The translations under genes and the position numbers were made by a program. A stretch of 64,000 nucleotides of DNA. Source: Balanoglossus misakiensis. Lineage: Eukaryota; Animalia; Hemichordata. Shown piece by piece: positions 53,601 through 64,000 of this stretch. A model generated the notes under the pieces. It was not told the DNA's origin. It made no database searches and worked only from the letters and a program-made list of their open reading frames with translations. The DNA is taken from NCBI GenBank assembly GCA_040954595.2, contig CM082583.2:11421656-11485655 (forward strand), in the 5' to 3' direction. The stretch's first letter is position 1. Each line of letters starts with the position of its first letter.

Positions 53601-54285
53601 CTGGAATACCGGTGACACTGACGGACAGGTAAGAAAAAATCGATTTTCAGAGAGACTAACCACTTCATGCATTTAATAAGAATTGGCCCTGAAATAGGCT
53701 AACAGTATCCACCATTGCTACATGAGCAAACTAAACGATGCCTTTTGTAATGTTACCTAGGCAACACTGCTATGGACGGACCCCCGAAATATCGGCTGGA
53801 ACGACACGACGCCGTACAGATGGAAAGTCGTGCACAGACCAACGGTCGGCCTTATCAGGTAACACACGATTCTTTGCCAAGGATTTTATACACACATGAA
53901 TAAACCACGACATTTTGTTAGAAAGTGAATGACAAAAATTGAAACGATATTGTTTGGTCAGTGAGATGCATGCTTGACAGGCTCCGAAAACTTTCGTTTT
54001 TAGGGTGAAACTGTATGAGGGCGCAACAAAGGTGGCGGACTCCGGCAATATCATCGATACCACAATGAGAGGCGGAAGACTAGGCGTGTTCTGTTTCTCA
54101 CAGGAGAATATTATCTGGTCTCAGATGTCTTACAGATGCAACGGTAAGGCATTAACCTAAATAGTCATATTTTCACACTCGGCAACCCAAAATGTATGGA
54201 GTTGCGTTTGTCGTCCAAAGACCGAGTGAATAATAATATGTTAATGTTTCTTTCAGACGAGATGCCCGACGACTTCGAGATTTAA
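47699..54285 (+). CDS. Thrombospondin, pentameric subgroup B (THBS3/THBS4/COMP-like), about 20 exons
   Basis: Signal peptide ([16 protein letters not shown]), LamG-like N-domain, coiled coil ending [14 protein letters not shown] repeats, type-3 Ca-binding repeats (DNCP..N.DQED.D.DG.GDAC) and L-lectin domain ([46 protein letters not shown]). No TSR repeats. Probable 5'UTR exon ends near 45825. Confidence 0.95.
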
Positions 54286-55154
54286 TCGAAATCTGTATGA
54301 AGATGGACCCAGACCAGGAAACAGCTTCGTTTTACCTGCGGGATTGAAACCAGGCTAGACAGAAAGACCCATGACTTTTATTGAAGGTATCGGTTGAAAA
54401 GAAAACCTAGGGTAAAGATTTTTTTTTCAGATTGTGATGGGTCACGTCACTCTAGGCCAGTCCGCGCTGTATTTGGAACGCCGGCAAAATTCACATAAAT
54501 CAGTGTGTAATTATAGTGTCATTATTTGTAGTGGTATGGCGATGGTAGTTGATTGCATTCTTAATCGCCTTATATAAAAGTATTTTATCAATGTTTTGCA
54601 TAATTTGCCAGCTACCATGCGGTTTTAGTTTCATGGGAGTTTTGCAGTAATCTCGTCAAAAATGCGATGTCACCAAATTTTGACAGAAATGGACAAAAAC
54701 CCAGCGATTATAAAACCGACTTATATACATTTATTTACATATATTGTGAAATTGATTACAAGTACCATAAATTACTTCGTGAATTCACAAAAATATACAA
54801 ATCAATCAAATTACCTCAACTATGATGGTTTGGCGGGTTACACCACTGAAAAGATGATTACTGTCAATGTTAGATGACTACCCTAGATTTCCAACACTCA
54901 GTACTAGTGTTTGGTCGTTCCCCGGCATACAAGATGGGTCACAATATATGTTTTCACATACTATAAGTTACATTATTTCAATATCAAAACTTCGAATCGA
55001 CAAAGTCTGGCGCTATCTTTAAAGTAGTACTGTTGAGTCGATCAAATTAAACTTTTGACCTGTCGTTTTCTTTGGTTTTAGTATTATCAATACTAGTGTA
55101 ATGCACGTAAGTGGAACTGCGTGTGTTATTTGTAGAGTAAGCCCCACGTGAAAA

Positions 55155-56284
55155 CTAAACTTTGGCAAAGAAGAGCAGAATTGCCAGTACCAACAACGCC
55201 ACCACCGAGGGACAGACGCCAACTTTTGTCGTCGAGTTACACAAGTGAGTGCTGCAACAATACGAGCAGGTCTTTCTGCCGTGTGCTTCTTGCGTGCAGT
55301 GACGGTTGCCGGGGCATTCGGATTCGCACAAGCGGTTGATTGACACAACCGCGTCGGTTTCCGTGTCATACACCACATTTTTCTGGAAAGAAGAGAAATC
55401 ATAGTGGATGAATTGTAAAATCACCGACAAATTTCTTGATCCCAGCATAGACAGTAGAAGGCTATGATCCAACCATAACGAATGCCAGTATATTTTTTCT
55501 ACACTCTATATTCGGCGAATGTGGTAAACAGCCTATAACCTTACCGTGCAAGTTCCCGCACAATTCCTGTAGCTGTACACAACGCCGGAGTTAAATCCGT
55601 TGCCACACGACCCATCAACGCCTTCCTCACCGTGGCTCGTACTGCAGAAATAACAGTCGAACGTACTATCTGGTGAAGTGTCTGAAAAGTAAAGAAGAAT
55701 ACGATCATCCCAGAAATGAAATTTCTGATAGTGGGACTGTGGTATGCAGCAAACGAAGCTGCCAGGTAGATGCATTTCTTTTACCCTCAAAATAAAGTAA
55801 ATCGTACCAAATTCTTGTACATTCCGGTCGAAACATTATTGTCTTTAATACGACCGGAAATGTCCAAGAATAGACGCCGCCGTAAATAGCACAGGAACAA
55901 AGATGTCGTAAGATAATTGGATTGGTAATTTGATTGTGCATTCTGTGACAGTTCCGGCCCGCTTATACATAAAGCCATTTATCTCTCAGTTACAATACCC
56001 TTTTTAGACACAGGGGTGTGTACGCTTTTGCGGGATCACGATGGGACATGATCTTCATGACCAGACAATGAAAAGTGGCCTTATGATATTTTCACGCCAT
56101 GAGAAGTCCAAAGGCAAAAACTTATGATTACAAGTTCACCAACGAAATATGCCACCAACTTCGGTTACAATTTCACGCGATGATTGGTCTTACCTTGGCC
56201 ACTCACTAGCCTCGACTCATCGGCACACGCCGTCGTTACCAAGACAATCAGCACGACAAAACAAGCGCACACAGAACTTTCCAT
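55155..56284 (-). CDS. Ly6/uPAR (three-finger, quiver/sleepless-like) protein, probably GPI-anchored, 3 exons
   Basis: Exons about 56284-56194, 55681-55545 and 55382-55155. Signal peptide MESSVCACFVVLIVLVTTACA. 10-Cys domain from CYFC to CCSTHLCN. Hydrophobic C-terminal tail VVALLVLAILLFFAKV. Confidence 0.85.
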
Positions 56285-57746
56285 TTTACTTCCGAAATTG
56301 TTGTCACCTGAAAAACAAAGGATGAAAGAATATCACTATTTATTGCTATCCATATATTTTCGTCGTCTGCCCAAATCACAGTGGGTGTGTCTCTCAGGTC
56401 TACTGACGACAGCTGGTCTCCTATAGTCGCGACGACATTCTTACATGTCACAATTTGCCGGCAACAGTGTTGGAGGTCGTTTCTACCCGAGGACTCTATA
56501 ATTGAAACCCAAAGTGTAACCCAATAACTTATCCACAACTGCCTGGAAACCACTCATTATGACCGAAAAAAATAAAGCTTTTGTTTGTTGTTTACGAAGC
56601 AACGGTCACTTGCGTGCTTCCTTTCACGCCGTGCAAACAAGAATGCCGTTCTATTGATATTGTCCGTACTGTCCTCTGTTAGCGACCTTCTTATCACCGA
56701 TATACGTCACTAAATCTTGTGAGTCACGGCTCGGGCTTTCAAATGATTGATGCCACAATAAAACTTTGGATTGTCTGTATGATGATCTGAGAAAGCTCTG
56801 CTCTGTAGGTGACTCTTGTATGGAGCACGTACGAATCCTACCACGGGCTTCCAAATCAACAAGTGGTTATGAAGCCCCACTGATCACGAGTTGACTTGAG
56901 AACCTGTCTTGTCTCTCAAATTGTCAGGTCGACAGTCTTTCCACTCGATTTTGGAATTCTCTCAACGAAAAGAAAAGTAAGCTTAGTCCTAAACTCTATG
57001 GATTTTTTAGTGACTCGGTGCCGCAATTTTAAGACGGAATACTTGACCATGATTGCTGAGAATAATTCATGAACGCCGGAGCGAATAAATGCGATGACAC
57101 CTCATTATCTGTCCGATCATGGTCCGATTAACGTCTTCATTATGCCCACCCACATTGTGTAGTTTCTTTTTTTTTGGACAAGCATAGGCAACGACAAGGT
57201 TTCATCTTAAAAAACGCATGTGACTTTCCAAGCACAAACTATAGTTACAAGGGAGTCGTTGTGATCAAGCGCAGTAGGCTACCACTCTGAACGCACATGT
57301 ATATTGTGTACATCACCGCGGAGAACGTAATGTACATACCTCGGCTCTGTGGTGTTGTACTGGTAGGCGTACAACCAATACCAGTATTTTGATATTGTGA
57401 ACCATAAACTGACTAACCTGGACTATATAATCAGCCTCTTTCGATGTCTTTACCGTTTTTAAATATTCCTGACCCTTCAACAGCCTCGTGAAATTGTCGG
57501 ATTTTAAAACAGACTGGACTACCGCAGATCTGCGTCAAATACGTACGCAACAATACTGTACTGTTATACGAGCGTCTTTTCGGAAATAATACAATGGGAA
57601 CGGCGGGTCACGTGATCACACGCCCGTTCGACGTAGAGGTCATGCATTATTTTGCATATCAGTGGTTGGCACACTCTCCAATGAATTAAATGTTAGCGTA
57701 AAAAGTATAAGAATAATAATTTACAATCTTTATTCACTCTTCAAAA

Positions 57747-60680
57747 TTACGACAGTGCAGTCAAAATACTATACATGAACAACGGCAATACAATGTTATC
57801 TATCTGCGTTGTGAAAGACTCAAGCAGAGACGTGAGTAGGATGGAAAATATCAAAACCAGCCAGCTGTGAATCGGAACGCCCAAGAGAGAGAGTACCAGG
57901 CAAGAGAGGATTTGGGACACGATGGCTGCCAGTGTGCCTTCCTTGGATTTCTTGGTATCTGAGGAGAGATGGGAATGGAATAATAGCTTGTGAGAATTGG
58001 TGGGGTTTATGCAAGGGTTTACTTGTTAAACCGTACTCACAAACAAATGCTCAAGTGAAATTTCAGACTTTGAACCACAGAAACCAAAAGCCAGATACAA
58101 ACTTTAGTTTCACTACCCCCTTCCCTGGCTGTTCACATCTACCTCTTACCTGGCCATTTATGTCTGCCATATCTGCAGCCAATCAGAGCGGCTGCCGTGT
58201 CCCCCACACCAAGTGACAACACACCACTGTATAATGCTATGCTCGGACCTAGACATGAAAAACAGACGAAATGATTTCTCGTCAGCAAAAAAAAAAAAAA
58301 AACCCACTTTGACCCAGATTTTGGAAAAAAGGAAATCTGATTTCTTTCCCAAGAGTCATTACCTTGTTGATGCTGTAGTGGATAGAGCCAAACTGGAAGT
58401 GAAAATCCCAGCAGAAGGTAGATGTGTGTCAGAATGACAACACCAGCGTCTTTTTCATCTCTGAACACCGAAAAGGCATCGTTGAGAATGTCACCAAACG
58501 GCTTGATTTTGAATATTCTGATGTACTGAAAATTGATAAAAGAAAGACATGATTTATCGCTGAGAGCGTTGGTAACAAAACACGTGGGTAAAGAAATAGC
58601 AAATGACACCAGCAACTTTCCAGAACAGCGCCCTCTGTGGCCACTCTGAACCGCACTTTCCTCACCTCCAAGATGACAAAAATAGAGAAAGTTCCAGCAG
58701 CTCCAAGATACAACAGATCCGAATCAATCAGGAGACCACTGGTGAAGATAATGCTGGCCACCATATGGAAGTGTTTCCGAATGGTCGTCGTAGAAGCCAT
58801 GTGTGTTCTTGCAGGTGAACTGTGCCAGGCCACTAGTGCTATAGACACTGCCACTAATATCAGCCATGTGACCACAAGACATATCTGATACAGTGAAAAA
58901 TAAATTTAGGAAATCAACATGCTTGAATCCTTGACCCACAATGAAACCAGAAATCAGCAAAACTTTTCATCTAGGTACATGTACAGACAGTACTCACTCT
59001 TGTTGCATTGTCAAACAGAAAGTACAAGGCAAAGAGAATGGGATTTCTTCCAAGTAAGTACCACAGCCAAGACTGCAACACAGAGAGGATGAACACTGCT
59101 GTTCCAATGTAGAATGAGAGAGACCACTTCCACAGGAACTGCTCGTACCTTGAGAATAAGAAAACACAGGAGAGTTAGCTCATTAGAAATCACTTCTTCA
59201 CAACTATTATTAACTACAACTGTTTCAAGACAGCTAGAGGCACTGACGGGTGAAATACATGTAAGTTTCAAAGGCTGATAGATATGATTAAATACTAGAC
59301 TTACTTTTCACGCTCTTTCATGGAATTGACTTGGTTCATTGTATACAAAGTAGGATACATTGCCAGACCAATGAACAAAGCTCCTAGGATGAGTACCTGT
59401 TGGTTGAAGTATATGGGATGTCTCTGTCTCAACTTTTTCCACTCAAAGTTTTCTTTCATGAAAATTGAATTTTCTGCCACAGAAAACTTGCTTGGTTACA
59501 ATGAAAAAATCACTGGTGTGAAGAAGCATAGACAAACCTGCAGACAGCTATGAAGCTTTGGTCTCTCAACATACCCGGCCACATTCATGACAGTATCGAT
59601 GGTGAACAGAATGACACCCTCACTGACTATCACTGCCTCACCAATTGTAAAACTCCCGGGACATGAGCAGAGAATCTTGACTAGGATTGAAAGTCCTACA
59701 ACAGTGACAAAGTAATGATGAATAGTAATGACCAACTGTTCCTGCCAGATTGTATTCAGTAATATTATTAGACACAAACAATACACTAGCTTTCCCCCAG
59801 TGCTTCTCACAGACAAGCCTGGAAGTATTCTGGAGGTATCATACCCACCCACCTGTAATTGTTCCGAGAATCATGGATGAATAGGCACCTCCAAGCATCG
59901 GGATGAAAGCCACAGAGCAGATCATCCCGTACCAGTACAATTTAGCATAGCAGCTTGATTGCACACTGTAGATACTGCTGCACTGTAACAGGTTGAAGAG
60001 AGTGACTACACCAATGCCAAAAGCTGGCAAGAGATAGTCGTAGAAATCCTGCCAGTTAGACTCTGTCTGTCTGTGGATGAGAAGTGCATTGCTGAAGATG
60101 GTCAGTGGAATTAGAAGTGTACCCAGGGTGATTCCATCGCTGGCGCCAGGTCTGAAATATACAAACAAATCAGAAAGGTGGTCATTCAACAAGCATTTTT
60201 TTTACTAATCAACCATTGAAACAATTTACCTGTTTAAGGACACAATTCCTGCAGTTTTATACTCACCTGAAATGCCACCCGAACACGCCAACAACACAAC
60301 TTCTATCGAAAGTCGCACTGACATAAGCAGCAAATGCAGCAACTGTTGAAAGAAAATATATTCCAATGATCTCTGTACAAAGCAAGGAGCAACCAAGATG
60401 GTGTCAAAACTTTTCCACACAGTGTATCTGGGTGGTGTAAATTGACCCATATATTTGATGCAAACTCACCTGATGCAAAACTGATGTTATAATACCAGTC
60501 TTGGGTGGCGACTATGCTGAGTACGGCGGTGCATGTAGTACAGTATTCATAAAATTCAATAAGGGTTATCTGGTTTCCTTTGCATTTCTTTGACTTTGCT
60601 GGCAAGGTTTCTTTCCCTTTGTCATCTTTTGCCGGTTTGAGATCATTCTGTTCATCCTTTTCTTCAACTGTGTCACCCAT
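57747..60680 (-). CDS. DOLK: Dolichol kinase, multi-exon
   Basis: FRPGASDGI, PGSFTIGEA, TIRKHFH, FRDEKDAGVVILTHIYLLLGFSLPVWL, YSGVLSLGVGDTAAALIGCRYGRHKWP, TKKSKEG and TTQIDNIVLPL. Stop at 57747-57749. Confidence 0.95.
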
Positions 60681-61287
60681 TACTCAAATCGACTCCTGCA
60701 AGGTGACAAATGTCTGGAGTATGCTACAAGTGTGATATAGCCATTGTCTGGCGCCTAATACTAATAGTATACCCCCCCCCCCCCACACACACACACATCC
60801 GGCATTTTCCCCACGTCATGTATCTATCAATTTGGGTTTGTGATATGAATCATGATGGTGATGGCAGGGCGAAAAGGACATAATCCTTGGAAGTTAGGAG
60901 TGCAGTGTATATGTGACTTATTTACCTAGAGATTCAACTACGCTGCGCTAGTACGAAAGTTTGCGATTTCTGCACCGATTAGTACTTAGATGTAGCTGCA
61001 GCAGTGTCTGTATTATCTTGTTGACTTCGTTCAGTTACGTACGTACGACCAAACAGGATTATACTCTTTTACGACAGTGGAGGAATCATTTGTATTAATT
61101 GCAGTGTTGAGTGTCTGAATGATTTTATTGGGCTAGCTATCTATGAGAAAAACAAAAGCTTTGAGGTTTCAGTTTTCTGGCATGAACCATCATTTGAAAT
61201 TATATAGCCCCATCTGAATTTACACTTGAAATTATATAGCCCCATCTGAATTTACAACTTGCAATAGTGTACCCTTTGACAGTAAAG
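60681..61287. promoter_or_regulatory. Bidirectional promoter region, DOLK/SLC35A4
   Basis: About 600 bp between divergent ATGs. The SLC35A4 start lies in a YY1-type AAGATGGCCGC context. Confidence 0.6.
61194..61256 (+). repeat. 32-bp tandem duplication
   Basis: TTGAAATTATATAGCCCCATCTGAATTTACA appears twice (starting 61194 and 61226). Confidence 0.9.
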
Positions 61288-63385
61288 ATGGCCGCGCCCA
61301 TCGTACAAGAACCGGACAAAGTAAGTTTGGCAAAAATATCGTGTTTTTCCTGACCTAAGAGCAACATGTCTCCCCCTTTTCAATGCGTAATCATGCAAAA
61401 GCTATAGGTTTGCAATTTCGGTGGGGTTTTGCGTAGAAACAACTGCTCGTGTCTTATATATACGAGTAAAGTGCAAAGCGGGGACCGTACGTCAGTGTAG
61501 TATGTACTGTTGTACAGTGTCGTCTATCGACATATGCTGTTTGTCGATCAGAGAGAGAGAGAGAGTGGACTGTGCCATGCACGTCCATTCAGTTCAATAC
61601 CACTGATTTAATCTCACTGAGGTTGTCCGTTATCTAATTCTAACCGAATGACCAGCTACTTTGACATATGGTTGCTGGAATGATGAATCCGAAACGATGA
61701 AGGCACCACACTCACAGCAGTCTCTATTGTTATGCAAATTAGCTCTGCCTGAAAATCCTAGGGAGAACAGTGAACTCCGCTTTTGCAGAGAAATTATTTC
61801 GTTTTATGTATGAACATTTGAATTTCCAGACCCCTATCTTACCTCTGTACTATGAAAAAAAGAAAGACAGAGAAAATGGTCAACCTGAAGTCCAACATCA
61901 TCACCATGGACACCATCACCACGGTAACAACCTACCTCCCCATCATCATCATCATCATCATGTAGACATGCCACACCCAGCCAGCACCAGTAGAATTGAG
62001 GAGCATCCGTTGTTACGACACGGCACTGCAAGGGCCCTCCCAACATGTCTCTGGCAGATTTTCCTGGCATCAGGGTAAGTGCCTTCACTACCATAACCAC
62101 TACTGGGATGTTTCACTCTCCAGAACTCACTTGACTCAGCAAATTTACTATTTTTGGCCTTCTCTTTCATGTGAGTGTACTAAGAGCCATTAGACAAACC
62201 TATTTTCAATTTTTATTTCACCAGAATATTGATCTATGGTTCACATGCTATTTTACTGAATCTGAGCAAAGTGGATGGAAAGATTCCGTTCAATTCCTCT
62301 GCAGTAGTGCTACTGATTGAGCTCAACAAAGTGAGTATTAGAGGCGGCAGCAGCAGCTAATTTTAATTGACTACTTCTTAAATTTCAAGGGCTATGTATG
62401 TTGTATGTCACATGAGCTTAAATTTTGATATCAACTAACACATCACAATATAAAGTCACATTTTCTTCCCTCTTTATATTTTTCCCCTTCCAGTTGTTTT
62501 TTTCTCTTGTGATGTTTATGCCAGATGTTGTATCACATGGTCTGAGGCTACCCACCTGGAGGCAGTGTGTGCCCTTTGCTATCCCAGCTCTATTGTACTG
62601 CATCAACAATAACATAGTTGTTCATATGCAACTCTATATGGACCCTGCCAGTTTTCAGGTTGGTCTCAGATTTCAAGGAACTCTTGTCAGATAAAATGTC
62701 AACAGGGACTTTCTTTTAACGATATTGATGGAATTCATTAGGGGGAAGACATTGGTGCAATGCATCTCCCTCTAGCCAAATTGGAGCTCTTATTCACTAA
62801 TGATCACCTGTTTTGCTGTCCCTTGTCTACCAGGTCCTCAGTAATCTAAAAATAGCCAGCACAGCCATTCTGTACCGTTACATCATAAGGCGGCGTCTGA
62901 CCAAGCTGCAGTGGTTGTCAATGTGGTTTTTAATGTTTGCTGGTATCAGCAACAGGTAAGGGCCTGATTCTCCTTGGTGTTGTTTAATTGTGTTTAATTC
63001 TGAAAAATGTCATGAGCGCCCTCTATGGGTGATGGTGAAAATACATGAAGACAAGAAATTATAGGTCAATGCCCTTTTTCTTAGACATAAAATCAAAAAT
63101 GTCTGAGGCATTGAATTAATGAAAAAACTGGCCTTTGGAAGGTTATTTCAATTGCCTGTCACACTGAAGTAACCAAAATATCTACGCTTTCAGAAAGTAT
63201 TGTAAATCTAACACTGTCTGACATGTATCTTTTACAGTTATGGAGGCTTACAATTTTCCCACAGTCCCCATCCACCGAGTGAAATTTACATAACACTTTA
63301 TGGTCTGGTGTTAATGGTACTTTACTGTACCATCTCAGGCCTTGCTGGTGTCTACACTGAATACATACTCAAGAAAAATTATCAG
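61288..63385 (+). CDS. SLC35A4: Nucleotide-sugar transporter SLC35A4-like, 3' end beyond the window
   Basis: Exons from MAAPIVQEPDK (61288-61320), then from 61830. Motifs LIYGSHAILLNLSKVDGKIPFNSSAVVLLIELNK, PFAIPALLYCINNNIVVHMQLYMDPASFQVLSNLKIASTAILY and YCTISGLAGVYTEYILK. Confidence 0.88.
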
Positions 63386-64000
63386 GTGGGACAGAGTTTC
63401 TGTTTTTTTGTCTCCCTCAAAAAGACATGATTTTTTTACGCTACATACTCAACATGGATCTGAGTGGATGTATGTAATAGATAGTGTGTGAACATCATTG
63501 AAATATAATTTTGGAGTAGATGTTGATTAGCAACAGTGTTCCGCACTGAGACACGCAGAAAAGTAAAACACCCTGAAGTATGCGTTAATCCATCATTGTT
63601 GTCTAATCTGTGATTATGTGGAGTTAACTAGACGTGAAGGTGATTGTGGTGGAACTTAGCGGTGTAAATGCACTTTCAGTAGTTACTGTGTGCCAAATGT
63701 TGAGTGATGGAATGGTGTCCTGGAGAGGACTGCTTCAGAATTGTTCTTAATTGGTCATGCATCACTGCTCACTGCTTGGGTGGTCATTCACTAATTTCTG
63801 AACAAAAAAGAAATGAAAACATGAACAAGAGATTTTATTTGTCAGTATGCATCTGCTTGTGACCTTTTGGATTATTCATAAACAGTGGGAGACATTTGCC
63901 ATAAAACCCAATCGTACAAAGCCAGGGACATTATTTACGTCACGCACATACTGCCGTAATTATACCTCTTACTGTACTTCCACTGCAACACCCCATTGCA

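Noticed and set aside
61321-61829. Homolog of the vertebrate SLC35A4 uORF microprotein
   Set aside because: No suitable ORF of about 100 aa seen; exon 1 splices in frame directly into the transporter.

Overview
Eukaryotic, gene-dense, intron-containing DNA from an invertebrate animal; no prokaryotic operons or CRISPR. A lophotrochozoan origin is my inference from gene content, not verified. Left to right: 3' part of CCDC87 (+); MRPS30 (-) head-to-head with CDK7 (+); a 771-bp Mutator-like MITE; a secreted IGFBP-domain gene with a 16-Cys C-terminal module (-), whose 8.7-kb intron holds a foldback transposon; a divergent kinase with a predicted signal peptide (-); FAM227B (+) with two U12-type introns, tail-to-tail with GALK2 (-) as in humans; tRNA-Glu(CTC); a pentameric subgroup-B thrombospondin (+); a Ly6/three-finger GPI-type protein (-); DOLK (-) head-to-head with a His-rich SLC35A4 (+, runs off the window). 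Exon models were built by hand from splice sites and reading phase. Family assignments come from recalled motifs, not database searches. I see no clearly new multi-gene system. The best candidates for novelty are the signal-peptide kinase and the IGFBP + 16-Cys protein.
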